Positions 39,223 to 53,574 of a stretch of DNA of 64,000 bases are shown here, piece by piece (the first letter of the stretch is position 1; the number at the start of each line of letters is the position of its first letter). The position numbers and the translations under genes are program-made. The notes under the pieces are model-generated. The model did no database searches. It was not told the DNA's origin and saw only the letters and a list, made by a program, of their open reading frames with translations. The stretch is from Octopus sinensis (lineage: Eukaryota): positions 25,358,001 to 25,422,000 of the forward strand of contig NC_043008.1 in assembly GCF_006345805.1 (NCBI RefSeq). The letters are read 5' to 3'.

Positions 39223-40009
39223 TGTGTTGTATGTAAATGATGAGTGTCAGGAGAAAAATAATGAGGGCAGTACCAATGGAAGAAGAAACAATTCATATAC
39301 TTAGGGTGAAACCTACCAGTTGGCTAATGATGTTAGTGTCTCATAGGCTGAGAAATGTGGTTCTGCAATTTGTTGCTAAACAACTGGGATAAATGATTTG
39401 TTTATAGTGATCCAATGTATGTGCTGTACATCAGCTCATTCCCTCTATTAAACTGAAGTTGCCCGAACAGGTGCACTGTGTGCCACACATCAGTTGTCAA
39501 AGGGATTACAGAAGCACAATGCACCACTTGGTCCAGGCACTGAAATCATGAACTTGCAACATCCTAACTACTAGGCCATGCACCCTCATCATTGGCTAAT
39601 ATATACTTGCCTTCAACCTACAATCAAATAACACATACAGGTGGAGCAGAATTTTTGCTACCGGAATGCTATGATGCATTTAAAGAAACAGAACGACCAA
39701 TCCTAAGGACATAACTCTGATTACTTCTTTCTTCTTCTGCCATTCTATCTGCTATGGCTATGTTTTTGCATTGTTTTTTTTTTCCTTTTCTTTTCTTTTA
39801 CAACAAAAATGACACCTATAAACCAACTGTGGCATTTTCAGGTCTCAAGTTATACTTTTCCATTCAGCTATGTCCAAAAATTGTGACCTGTCCATTGTTG
39901 CTATGAAAATATTTAGTATCATTATTTGGCTGTCATGAGACTACATAATATTCTTATTATTACACTATTATTACTATACTATTATAGAAAATAATTGTAA
40001 TAAAAATCC

Positions 40010-40221
40010 TTTCTACTATAAACACAAGGCCTGAAATTTTGGGGAAGGAGCCAGTTGATTAGATTGACCCCAGTACACAGCTGGCACTTAATTTATCGAC
40101 CCCCAAAAAGATGAAAGGAAAAGTCAACCTTGGTGAAATTTAAACTCAGAGCATAAAAATAGATGAATTACTGCTAAGCATTTTGCCTGGCATGCTAGTG
40201 ATTCTGCCAGCTCACCACCTT
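40010..40221 (-). mobile_element. MetaSINE-like SINE
   Basis: Same core as 6330-6550; 5' end abuts (TAA)n. Confidence 0.75.
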
Positions 40222-40234
40222 AGTAATAATAATG

Positions 40235-40285
<51 letters not shown>

Positions 40286-40699
40286 TAATAATAATAATAA
40301 ATGGGTGTTTAACATGTGAGAATGATAAAACATTACTCTGAAATCTGTCTAAAATCATCAGAAATAAAAACAACTAATGTCAGCCAGAAAACACTGGCAC
40401 AATGTTGGATCATAACCAAGTAATACTCATTAAAATTTAATTCTCTTTTCTGCATTAAAGGATGCATTATAGATGTTTGTAATCTCCAACACATGTGAAT
40501 ATGATCACCAGATTGCAGTTCATATTAACAACAGGCTGCCTCTGTTCCTACCATCATTCACAAGGAAAGAAGAAAAATTCAAATAACACTCATTATTCAG
40601 TTGAAGAATAGCAAATAAGAAGTGCATATTTTAAACATTAAAGACAAAAAGTATGGAAAATTAAACATGCAAAATTCTTTAACACCAGAAACGTGCAGA

Positions 40700-42480
40700 C
40701 TGGTACCCTACAAAAATGTTGATAAATCTATATAAGTGGCTGGTATTATTTCTCATGTCTCACTTATAAAATCAAAAAAACATGTGGACATTAAAGGAAT
40801 ATGTTTCTATCCTACACACTTATTTTTACAGTAGTGCTCTACCCACAAAAGACAGAAGTAGAAAATTATAAAAACTAAAGCCATCCTAGTTGGAAGATTA
40901 ATATTCCATGGAAACTTCTTCTCTCCACTCCTTTTCTGTCTGGCACTGATGCCTTCAAGTAACTTGCTAAACAACTGGTTGTGGATACAAAAGCTATGGT
41001 ATATGGATGATCTCAAGCTGCATGTTGCAAATAATAAACAGCTGGAAATATTACTACAGACAAAGCATGGATTTACCAAAGGAATAACTATGAAATTGGG
41101 GTGAGAAAAATGTGCCAAAGCAACTTTGAAAAGAAGACAACTAGTTAAAAATAAAATATCACACTCGATACAGAAAATGAAATAAGAGAACTAGATCAAA
41201 CCCAGACATAGAAATACTTAATGAACTATATATTGTACAATACATGCAAACGAAAGAGAAGATAAGGAAGGAATATTATAGACAAGTTAGATTAGTACTT
41301 AAAACAGCACAATGTGAAAAATAAGATTTAGTGTTAATTCTCTAGCTGTCTCAGTTAGAAGTTATGGTAACAATATTCTTAATTGGACACTAAATGAGCT
41401 AGTCAAACTAGACAGGAAAACATGAAAACTAATGATGGAATTTAGAATACATCATCCACAGTCTAATGTAGAAAGGTTATATATGCAACGAATTGAAGCT
41501 AGAGGCCTTATACAACTAGAAAATTACTGTGAAATACCCACTGTAGGATTACAGAAACCCCTAACTCAGAACCAGGGAAAGCTGGTTCAAATAGATACAA
41601 ACCATGAGCAAAGAAATCTGTTTTCAGTCTTTGGGAAACTGAGAAATGTAAGAAAGAGATCATAATACCTGACATAGGAAAGAAAAAGAAGCAGTAACAA
41701 AAGCTGTAAAGCAACCAAAATAGAAGCTGAAACTGGAGTGACAAAATACCATGATAAAACGATGGCAAGAAAATCCCTTACATAGAAACTGCTGGGATAT
41801 GATAAACAGAAAAGAAATAGACAAAGTTAAATCCAAAACATGGTTGAGAATCTCAGGACTCAAAGCAGAGACTGAAGCATTTTTAATTCCAGCACAAGGT
41901 CAAAACCTCCATATCAAAAACCATCAAAAATACAAAATGAAGAAAAATACACTTAGTAACTGCAGAATATGTGTTGATGGGAAAGAAAGAAATATTATTG
42001 TCTCTGGCTACCCAGTTCTGGCTAAGAAAGAATATATCCAGACAGACATGACAAAGTTTGGACACTGGAAGCTGTGCTAGTACTATGGAATGACAACTGA
42101 AACATAAATAGTATAAGTATGTCCCTGAAAATGACAGATCAACCTTTCTCTGGGTTATGTCAGTGCATAAAGAGATTTAGGCTAATGGGCTAGATATTGT
42201 CATCAGGAACCACCAAGAATAAAGATACCTTCTAATCATAATATCAGTCCTACAGGTGACAATGTATCTCTAAAAGAAACAGAGAAATTCTCAAAATACA
42301 AAGATCTGGTAGTAGGAATAACCCAAATATAGAGCCTGTAAATGGGTGCATTCGGTATGGTTACAAAATATAGAGAAATTCATAACTAAAACACAAGGAC
42401 TTACGAATATATATACAACATACTGAAAATAGCACTGCTAGGCACATATTCCATGTAAAGCACTTTTAACAATAAAAATA
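40700..42480 (+). mobile_element. Decayed R4/Dong-type non-LTR retrotransposon (RT, zinc knuckle, restriction-like endonuclease region)
   Basis: LFCLALMP..YMDDLKL..KCAKAT; HPQSNVERLYM; GLKAETEAFLIPAQGQ; CRIC; followed by (TAA)n near 42590. Confidence 0.82.
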
Positions 42481-43635
42481 ACAACATCAAAACAAACCAT
42501 AACACATAGGCATACAGAGCTATGCTCAGTAGTACAGTGAAAGCAAATGATAAAAATACTACTATTGAATAAAAATAATACTATTGAATAATAATAATAA
42601 TAATAATAATAATATAATAATAATAATAATAATAATAATTACAATCAGGCATTTAATGCATGAGTTCCTGTTTTTTTTCTGATTCATGAAAACTTGTTAG
42701 ACAACTAGGTGTTGTGTGTATTTTTGTGAGTGTGTAAGAGAGAAATGCTGATAGTCAGACAATAACTGCTTCAGTTTTCATTTTTGTATTGGAAATTTAT
42801 TTTCTTATTGTTTTTTTTCTTGTGTATGGAATGGTGAGTTATCTCACTCTCTTGTTCCTACATAATTCTGCACATTGGCCTTGGTTTTTCTTTCAGAAAT
42901 TTTTTATTCGCTCTTTCAATTTTGTACATTGTTCCACTATTAATATAGTTTCCATGATTAATTATCTAAAAGTTTTAGCTGTTCTGTATAGATTATGTTA
43001 TTTCTAGTGACCTTATGTACTTTTGTTTTGTGTGATAGTGTGCTGCAGTTTTTTTTGGTTTTCTCTGTTGTTGTAGATGCATAATCAGTGAGACAAAAAG
43101 TGTAGTGTGTGTACGCCCAATTTAACAAAATCATAAAGATTACAGATTTTGTGTTTAGAGCTGTATTTGGACATTAAATTGGTTACATAAAGGTCATTTA
43201 CAAGTCTCCTGGCTTGTGGTTTATTGTTGATTACCATTTCCTTTTACATGTTCTTGTGATATATTATTCCTGCTAGTTTCTGATGGAATAAAAGCATATT
43301 TTGTACTCTTTAATGAGGTTTTTGATAATGGATTTTCCTATTTAATGACTGATGAATATTTTGTTCATATATATCTTATGTTTTGGTCACTGAATATGGC
43401 TACGTCTGGTGTTTATACTTTTTTTTCTTGTTGCATTATTTGATTTTCCAATTTATTCCTTTAGCCAATACTTTACAGCATTTGTTTTATCCTAATAATT
43501 TTTTTCTGAAGTACTACTTTTGTGGAGGAGAATCTTAAGCCTTCCATTGATAAAGGATTATATATCTGATTTCTTATCGATATATGACATCATGTATATG
43601 CTTTTTTGCACATGTTTACATGTAAAAATAACTTA

Positions 43636-44882
43636 GGAGGGTGGGCTGAAGCATTCATAGATTGACTATAAAGGAGTGATGCTACAGCTGTGTAATCTTG
43701 CATGCATTATTTTCAATTCTTCTCATTAATAACTGCATTGTTTCTTTTCAGACAAACTGACATCTGACTGTTCAAAAGGGACTTAAAAAGTAACTGGTAG
43801 TGACTTGAAAATGGATAAAATTTGGCATTGAGGTGGTTTCAAGTACCCCTAGAAAAATGGGCCCCCAAGGACACTCATGCTGACGCAATTGCTACATCCA
43901 CTCCAGCTTTATCAACAGTGTAAAAGTGTGCAGCTGAATTTAGGAGGGGAAGGAAAAATCTTGAAGATATCCCAGTGTCTAGATGTCCTGCAACTGCCTT
44001 CACTGAGGAAAATACTGATCATATTCACCACATGATAATGGACGATGGATGATTGACTATAAATCAAAAGGCCAATGCTATTAGCATATCCCTTGAGAAA
44101 GTTGAGAATATTCTACACAATGGAGTTGGCATGATGAAGGTTTCTGTCTGGTAGGTGTTACATCTGACACCTTATTAAAAGCACCCCAGGCTGATTGCAT
44201 CATGGGAAAATCTGATGTTGTTTGCAGCAGATCCAGCTGGTTTCTTTGCATGTTTTCTAATCCAGTATGAGTGTTGGCTTCATCACTTTGAATCAAAGAC
44301 AAAGAAACAATCCACACAGTGGAAATACTCCTCATCACCTTCTCCAAAGAAAGCCTAAGTTGTTTCATCTGCAGGAAAGGTGAATATTTCAGTTTTGTGG
44401 GATACAAAAAGCATTGCATTTATTGAATATCTTCAGAAGGGCCACATCATCAATGAAGAGTACTATGCCAACTTGTTGAGGCAGTTACGAAAGACTATCA
44501 AGACCAACTACCCAGGAAAACTGAAGAAAGTTGTCTTGTTTTATCAGGACAATGATCCAGTACACAAGTCCTTGGTTTCAATGGCTGCCGTGTGTGGCTG
44601 TGGCTTTGAACTGGTTGATATGGCCCCATCTGATTTTTATATGTTTCCTAACATGTAAAACACTTGGCTTGAAACCAGTATCACAGTGATAATGATGTCA
44701 TATCTGCTGTTGATGAATTTTTTTTAGGATGAAAGCTTCTTTGCCAAAAGGGATCCAAGCACTGCAACACAGATGGAAAAAATGTGTGGGCTGCAAGAGG
44801 AAATATGTTAAAATGTAAACCTCATTTGGTCACATTCCATGAGGGACCTTGGCCGGCCTATGTACCTTTCAGCCAACACTCC
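43636..44882 (+). mobile_element. Mariner (DD34D) transposon remnant with both TIRs
   Basis: TA-flanked degenerate TIRs GGAGGGTGGGCTGAA / TTCAGCCAACACTCC; VLWDTKS..EYLQKG..YYANLL..YQDND..APSDFYMFP. Confidence 0.88.
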
Positions 44883-45870
44883 TAATATATTTTTCATTTT
44901 CCTACAGTATTTCTACTTTATTTCTTACATTATTTGTATGAAATGGCTCCTAAGCTTGATGTTCTCAAATCCCTGGTTTCTCTACAAATGTAGTCTTGAG
45001 GGTCTGTGAGCTGCTTTAAAAATTTGAAGGCCACAGTAAATGTATAATTATCAATTTGGGAAAATAAGTTTGTGGTAAGTTAATAAAATTGCTTTATTGA
45101 ATAGATGGACTTTTCAAAAGTGTGGATTTTATGGGAAAATTCAATCAAATAAAAGTGGCCCATAATAGTGAAAAAATCAGAAATCATTTGCTAAAGTTAT
45201 GTAGAAGAGAGTTTTTCCTTTCCTTAGTTCTTCCAGCTCTAATGTTATTTTAGAAGAAAAATGATATCCACAATCCTAGTGAAAAATTTTCTGCTCATTA
45301 AATAATGCTGTGACAATATTATCTAATGGGTGTTTTTTATCAGTAATTTATCATTTTTGTTTTCTGTGGATGTTAAATTTTTACATATAGGTTTTCTGTC
45401 TCCTAATTTGCTGTGTGCATATTTTCTTCAGTTAGTTTGTTTAGGAACTATATCAATAACAAAATATAATAAAACATTCAAAACCCTTTACATTCTTGTA
45501 ATAAACTAATGAGGAACGCTATGAGAAAACCATTTCCTAATTATTGAAATAAACCTAATAGCAAAAGGCAGAGACTTTCAAATTCAACCATAATAAAATT
45601 AGAAACAAGAACAAGAATGTTTCCATGCTTCTTGCCTACAATTCAATATCAGCTATAACAATTACTCAAGAGTTATGTGTCAATGAGTGTATTCAGTCTA
45701 TCTGCAAACAATTGTCATGTCATAAAATAAGGACACATTTGAAAAAAGTTCTTCCAAGATATACAAAATTACAGAATGGACAAAGAGAGAATGCTTTTAT
45801 CTTAAGGTCACTGAATTAGGACCAACCTAGAATTTAATACCAACAAAAACCACCTAGGTTTCTATATACT

Positions 45871-46100
45871 TATAGTAACCACTCGACTATAGTGAGTGCT
45901 ATGTTCCAACCCCCTGCAATTGGTGAAAATCTGCAAAGTAGTAACAATACTGTACTACATATTTCTTTGAATTATTTTTATAATTTGTAAATATCTATTT
46001 TATTATAGATGCAAAACAACACCACAGAGGAATCAACGTAAGCTTAAATAATAAACAACGATAGGTGACCATTATATGGCGAGGGATTACTACATATATA
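45871..46100 (+). mobile_element. Tigger/pogo-like transposon end fragment
   Basis: TATAGTAACCACTCGACTATAG..GTTCCAACCCCCTGCAATTGGTGAAAATCTGCAAAGTAG resembles Tigger-type 5' ends. Confidence 0.4.
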
Positions 46101-46123
46101 TATATATATGTATACATATATAC

Positions 46124-46154
<31 letters not shown>

Positions 46155-46157
46155 TAT

Positions 46158-46630
46158 ACAAAATTTAGAGGACTGACCACTAAAATGGACAGCCTATATG
46201 CTAAACATAGACGTCAAATCACCATTACCATGAAGAATGTGTTCTCAAGAAAAATCCCAGCAAAAAATCAAAATGTAGAAATAAGCAAGACAAATGAAAA
46301 TATATGAAATAAAAAACGATTACCTAAGTACCATTGGTTTCACTTGTTAATATTTACATATGTGAACACGCAAATATCTGCAAGATCGTCAACATAGTCT
46401 GTCGTTTACAAAACATAATTTCCAGAACTAGATACAGAATGCTCAACCGAAATCCAGCATGTATAAAGTTTTACAAATTATATTTGGTATATCTTTCAAA
46501 TGCCTTCCCTTTGGCACACTGAGGTCGGAAATTACTCTGCAGTTACTAAATTACAGCAGTTATGGTGATTTGACGTCTATGTTTAGCATGTAGGGTGTCC
46601 ACTTTAGTGGTCATTCTTCTAAATTTTGTA
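46158..46630. mobile_element. MITE-like element with ~70-bp TIRs between (TA)n tracts
   Basis: ACAAAATTTAGAGGACTGACCACTAAAATGGAC..GACGTCAAATCACC is inverted at ~46560-46630. Confidence 0.7.
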
Positions 46631-47392
46631 TGTATATATATATATATTTGCATAATGTTAAGTTTTATTTGAGAATTTATGAAGGATTTTGTACTTAGTT
46701 TTACTAGTCATTTATGTTTATAAATGTAAACCTAAAACAATTAGTCCATTAACATTCCAAAACCTTCCTGGCCTCATTATGAAAATGTTGGTAATGATAT
46801 CATGGTGTTTGTGTGCTTTGTGGCAAGTTGAAAAGAATGATGGGAATTCAGTTATACTTGGTAAGATCATTAAAGACTGATTTTAAATGCATAATGTTAA
46901 AATCAATGTTAAGTCTGAGCAGATTGCATTCATGCATGTTTCACTGGGTGTTTATATATGCATGTATATGTATATGTGTTTATTTCCATGTGTGTTATAT
47001 AATATATACAAGTTTTTCAGCATGCTTGATTCCAGGCCCATGCAGAATTATCCATTTTGCCTGATTAAAAAGTCATATAATACTACTTCTAAGTAAATTC
47101 TTAGAAGAATGCAGCTATGTTATTATTATTAATCATATTTTCCCACTAAACCTTCATGATACACCTTTCTTAAACATGCTATAAAGTTGGGAATTTTCTG
47201 ACAAAATTTTGACTATAGTAATATGCAAGAGCAAATGTCTAAAACAAAATATAGCCACTTGCTAGCCTCTTATTCACTTGGCTCCAATGCCCCCCAACCC
47301 ACCTGTGTAAGTCATATATATACTTGTTCCTCTTTCATGTTAGGACACTAATATCGATGATGAAAGTAAAGTTATCTATTAACCTGCACTTC

Positions 47393-47575
47393 AGTGGTAT
47401 GCAGAGGAGCAAAATCTATAGCATTAGCAATAGGAGAGATAGAATGAAGAAATAGCCAATTGCCGTAGCATATTTGTGTGTTACTTATTCAATTGGAAAT
47501 GCTAATTTCTGTTTAGGGAATATTTGTGAATCTAATAACATTTTGCATTGTTCTATTCAACTATTATCAATCATT
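47393..47575 (+). repeat. Dispersed ~183-bp repeat, copy 1
   Basis: Highly similar to 63364-63546 in the same orientation. Confidence 0.85.
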
Positions 47576-47898
47576 AATTAGTGGGTGATTAACAAATGGT
47601 GTTGGATTCAGTTTTAAGCATTTGCATGTTTATGTTATTGCAGTTAGTTATAGGAATAGTATTTCTAGCTTTATAATATGATACTAGTGCATAAACAAAT
47701 GTTTTGAAGAATTGGTGGCCAAACATTTATCTATAACTGGAATCAATCAGACCATCTAGCCCATGCCAGCATGGAAGACAAATGTTAAATGATGATAAAG
47801 ATTTGTGTATACACACACACACACACACAAATATATATATATATTCTTTTATGTGTTTCAGTTATGCAGCTGCAGTCATGCTGGAGTACCATATATAT

Positions 47899-47962
<64 letters not shown>

Positions 47963-48949
47963 TCACTTAGACATAGTGATACTTGTAGCATGATGTAAGC
48001 ACTCAATATACATGTTTCAGAATTAGGCATCAGCGGAGTACAGAGCAGCAATAAGAAACTATAATGACAACAGAATAAATTATCATGTTATGAAGTTCAT
48101 TAGCTTACACCTGTTTCTGCTATAAGAGGCAATGTTTGACGTTCTGATGAAGGTATTACTCAAGCATTCAACTATGAATACATTGCCTCTTATGGCAGAA
48201 ACAGGTGTCAGATAACGAAGTTTATAGCATGTTTATTCCCTTGTATTTCTAAATTCTTATACATATATGTATGTGTGTGTGTGTGTGTGGGTGTACCTGT
48301 CTGTGTGTATATAAATCAAGGGTGGGGAAAACCCCGCCCACAGGTGCAATTGCACACGCAAGCCCATTTTATTTCACGTACAGTCGGATAAACTTGTATG
48401 TACAAAATATAGTTAATTTTTTAATTATGAAATTTATACAATATTCATATGCATATTTGCGACATAGATCATGTTTCCACTACGACTTAAACTGGTTAGA
48501 CTCGAACAGAAATCCTCCGGTAATTGTCATTTGAATGGAAATTTTGTTTTCACTATAAAACACATATTGCTAGGTTTGTACCACCCCCTTGAGATCCAAC
48601 TACACTCTAACTGAAAAATATAGAAGCCTTATAAGTAATACAAATGTCCTAAATTCAGTGGCAGCATCAATGAAGATGTTATGCATTAATTTAATGTGTT
48701 AAACTTATCTTTATTAATGTATAACGAATTATACATAGATATATCCAAGATCTACACAGATGTAAGAGTTAGAACTTGTGATCTGTCCGCAGACCTTTTT
48801 CTTTCTAAATTTTTGCCCACTGCACTAAAAAGTTTCCCCACCCCTGATATAAATGAATAGTATGAGATATAAACTCAGTGAATCATGTGACTATGGCTGT
48901 AATCCTATGGAAATCATGTGGTTAAATATATATTCACCTTTCATATTGC

Positions 48950-51584
48950 CTTTTATATTGCCACAAAAATACCTGAATGCCTACCTAGAACAAAGAATAA
49001 CCATTACCCTCACTAGAGTTCCATCGAAAAACCAACCAAATACTCAACATAGACACAAAATGGGAAATTCCAATGCACCCTTCACTGCAAGACATAACAC
49101 CCCCACTCAAAAATACAGAAACCCCTTTCACCCCAGAAACCCTCCACATCACAGACTTAACTTCTTTGTGAATGATTTCTTTGAAGAAATAGGAACTCTC
49201 CATGTCTGAGACACATCCCACATAATGAAGACGTCAAAAAGGACCAAAGAAGAAATAAGAACTTCTCTCATTCAAGACATATCTTCTACAATGAACCACC
49301 TCATCCAAACCACAAGATATAACCATTAAAACAACCCCACACAAAACCCATTGCAACCCACAATAGATTGAGGAATGACAATCAACAAGAGCACTAATTC
49401 CTTACATCAAAACCCAAGAAACCATTTTTTAAGCAAACTAGGCCAAAACCAGGACACTCGATGGCACCAACCAGATTTGAGGTCCTGAAGATTATAAATC
49501 TCTCATGTAAAACCAATAAATCAAAATTCTTGCAAAAAGACTGAAGTTTACCCCAACACCACAAAGTTGAACCAAAATGATATCCAGAAATTCTATAGAA
49601 AACTTTAAGTCATCAAAGAACTAGTTGATAAAGGAACTAATGATCACTCAATACTTCATAATAAAACTAACTACTGTCCGACAAAAGGAAGAAGCCAAAC
49701 TCTGTATATATTTTGTGATACTCCCACCTAGAAAATTTAAACAAATACCAGTCAAGAAGAATGGGATATCATTAATGATCTCAAGGAAGATCATAATATA
49801 ATTATAAAAGAAATTGATAAAGGAAGTGCTGTAGAAATCATGGACTCAGAAAAATACATATACACTACCCTAATCCTCTTTCAAGACAATACTTACTATG
49901 AAAAAATCAACAACTAGAGTCAATCCAAGATAATGGTAAGACTTACTACCCTTATCCATCAGTTCCAACAAGATTTAATGGAAATGGAGAGAGATTACTT
50001 AACTAGATTTGACTACAAAACCAGCAACTTTTATGGACTTCTCAAAATCCACAAAAGTGAAGCAAATCAACTTCTTTAGTCATAAGTATTCCACATTCGA
50101 GAGATCTCAAAATGAGACCAATTGTGGCCAGTCCCTCATGTGAGAAACACAGACTCAATAACTTTATTGACGTCCTGCTAAAACCTATTCTTCTACATAT
50201 ACTAAGCTTTATAAGGGATGATTTGGATTTTTAAAATCATCTCTTGAACACAACCAGCAACGACTACCAGCAACGACTCCCTTCTGGCTTCATTCAATGT
50301 AATAAACCTCTACACTTTGATTCTTCATCAATACAGAATAGAAGCAATATAATTCTCGCTGGATAAATTCCCAAATGACATTCCTGACTGAACTGGAAAA
50401 GTATTCATCATTTAAGGAATAAAATTCATCCTACAGAACAATTTCAACTTCAATGAGAACACACCTACAGACAAAAATTGGGTACTGCGATGGGAACGAG
50501 GATAGCCCCTACTTTTGCTAACTTTGTCATGGCAAACTTGGAAGTTCAAATATATGAGCATGCTAGACTGAAATTAGGAGACAACTTCCAAAAATACTTA
50601 CTTGCCAACTGGAAATGCTACCTGGATGATTGTTTCATTTTGTGGTCTTAGAATTTAAAAACTTAATCAACAGCATTAGCTACAGTATCCAATTTACAAA
50701 CAGCTACCCTTCCTGGACATCTTAATCATAAAAAGAGATACTTAAATTGAAACTGACATCTACTTCATACCAACAGACTCAAAACAATATATTCTATTTT
50801 CTTCCTGCCACCCAAAACCTACTAAAATCAATATGCAGTTCAATTTAGCAAGAAGAATCTGCATGATTGCATCAGATCCTGAAACCCACGATAAATGACT
50901 CCAAGAACTAAAAAAACACAATACTAGAAAGAAAATGCCCGGCTTGTTTAATCAAAATTGGAATAGAATGTGCAAAAATGATAGACATCCAAAAGTTATA
51001 GAAAACAAGAAAACCCCATAACACACTTTAAACTTTACCTTACATATCAACACACAATCTGAGGAGCATGGAAGCATACAACACCAAAACATGGTCCTCC
51101 TTATGAACGATCTGTGAGTAAAAAAAGATAAAAGTTTACTCACCAGTGCCAAATTCTCCACCAAAAATACAATCCCACTAGTCAAAAAATGCAACTGCCT
51201 TAATTGTGCAACTTGTATCTGCGTCTTGGAGGGCTCAGCATATAAATGTAAGTCAGGTCAAATTTTCACCATAAAAAACCACTTCACCTGTACATCGAAG
51301 AACTTAATCTATGTCCTCAAATGTGGTAGGTGTGATGGAGACTACCTAGATCAAACTAGTTGGACCTTGAAGGACAGACTGACGGTACATAGGTAACAAA
51401 TCTAGGACCCCACGACCGGGAAAATTCCCACAAGCAAACACCTAAACCAATTCCCTGCAGACATAAACCCGAAATACCAAATCTTCCCTCTCTGTCAATG
51501 TACAGGAAATACTTCAACCCAATTCCAATTCAAAAGGAAAACATACTCATTGAAAAATATAAACCACAGCTAAATATCCTTTAG
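48950..51584 (+). mobile_element. Decayed Penelope-like element (RT + GIY-YIG endonuclease, Cys-rich linker)
   Basis: LKFTPTP, DKGSAV, FYGLLKIHK, MRPIVA, GTAMGTRIAPTFAN, YLDDCF, LPFLDI, SCHPK; CNC.NCATC; KNLIYVLKC..C..DYLDQT; many stops; 5' boundary approximate. Confidence 0.92.
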
Positions 51585-52342
51585 AAAGAAGAAAATACTC
51601 AATTTCTCCACAAAAACCCACCAGATACAACAGACATAATTTGAAAACTTTTGTAACAGTTTTCCTCCTGGGTTTTGAAACCACAACTCCAAATCTCTAT
51701 ACGATAGCACCATACACCTTCTCAAACACCAGTTGCTGACATCACCTGTCTCTAGACCAATGCAATTTTACCACCAATCCAAACTGGACCCTCAGGGAAA
51801 AGTCAAACTGACCCCATAAGATAATCAACCAACCGGAATGGTTGATGACCATTCCTTACAGGGAAGTCAACCAAGTAGACCCCCAAATTTGACCACCAAA
51901 AAGAATAAGATGTCATCAGATTTATAATGAATCAAAAATTACATCCATCCATGGACAAACATATATATACACTGATTCTAAAATTCTGTTAAAAGTAAAA
52001 AGAAAAAAGAATCATGTGCAAGATGACAGATACTGTAAAAGAATCCCCTCTCTTTACTCACTCCTCTTCTTATTTCTCTCTCTTGACCACTTAATCTATA
52101 ATTATTCAGTATGACTGAACTTTTAGTAATCCACGCCCACACATATATATGCACATACACACTCACACACAGAGGGTTGGCTAAAAGTCACACACAAAAT
52201 AAATTCATGACACTCCAGAGTTGTCAAACACATGTTTCAATTTTTCTAAAATAGAATAAAATAAATAAAATAATGATCAATTCACACATACTTGTACATG
52301 ATGAACAAAGTGAATAATAACAATGATAATAATAATAGTTTC

Positions 52343-52534
52343 AAATTTTGCCACAAGGGCAACCATTTATGGGGTCAGGAATGTGTCAACTACATCGACC
52401 CCAGTGTTCAACTAGTACTTAATTTGTTGACCCCGAAAGGATGAAAGGTAGAATTTGAACTCAGAGCATAGTGGCAGACAAAATACTGCAAAGTATTTCA
52501 CTTGGTGTGCTAATAATTCTGCCAGCTCACTGCT

Positions 52535-52535
<1 letters not shown>
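52343..52535 (-). mobile_element. MetaSINE-like SINE
   Basis: Same core; abuts (TAA)n. Confidence 0.72.
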
Positions 52536-52584
<49 letters not shown>

Positions 52585-52696
52585 CTGTTGTCTCTTGAGG
52601 TCTCTGGGTGAGACTTGGAGCCAACTTGTACAAACATAAAGCAAAAGTCAAACATAGAATAATAATAATAATAATATTAATAATAATAATAATAAT

Positions 52697-52896
52697 TTCA
52701 CAAGACCAGCAATTTTGGGAAAGGGGTGAGTTGATTGCATTGATCCCAATACTCAACTAGTTCTTATTTCATTAATCCTGAAAGGATGAAAGGCACAGTT
52801 GTCCTCAGTAGAATTTGAACGCAGAACATGAAGACAGATGAAATACCACTAAGCATTTCTCCCAGTATACTAATGATTTTGCCAGCTCACCACCTT
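52697..52896 (-). mobile_element. MetaSINE-like SINE
   Basis: Same core; abuts (TAA)n. Confidence 0.72.
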
Positions 52897-53440
52897 AGTA
52901 ATAATGATAATAATAATAATGCAATCTAAATATAATTTCAAATGTTTTGGTGTATGATTTTTGGCCCAGCTTGTATGTATATATAACAAAGCACTCACAT
53001 GCACAAACAAACTTACAGGACCATCTGAATTAACACACACGTTAATAACAAGCCTTGGCTAAAAAAATTCACACCAGCAAAACCATTTTTCCATGACATC
53101 AGTGTCTGCAAACAGAAAAAAATTACCAAATACAGTAGAAACAGCACTAATTAGAATAACAGACAAATTCAGTCAACACACAAGCCAATAAAAATTAAAT
53201 TAAAAGAAGACTAATTAAAAACACAACAGTGAAAATAAACAGCAGCCAGAAGATGTAACCGATGGAGAAGCGTAAAAATGATAGCCATTTAGCAAATATG
53301 AGAAGCAAACCAACAGACATGAAGGGACCCCCACCCCTTATACATCACTGAAAATAAGTACTCCACCAAACGATTCTCACTTGAAAACAGAAGTAGTTTG
53401 AAACTTGTGCCACAAGATATACATTGAGTTTCATTAATAT

Positions 53441-53475
<35 letters not shown>

Positions 53476-53574
53476 CATGTGAGTGCATGCGTGTGAGTGC
53501 GTGTGTGTGTGCGTGTGTGTCTATGAGGGTGTGCTGAAAAGTTCCTGGCTTTGGGTAAAAGAAAATACAGAACT

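Noticed and set aside
48144-48175. CTGATGA in the hairpin loop; similar partial hits near 48885-48925, 51840-51920 and 54020-54055
   Set aside because: No correctly placed GAAA and stems
53100-53330. Possible further Penelope-like fragment (LIKNTTVKI..)
   Set aside because: Similarity too weak to support by eye
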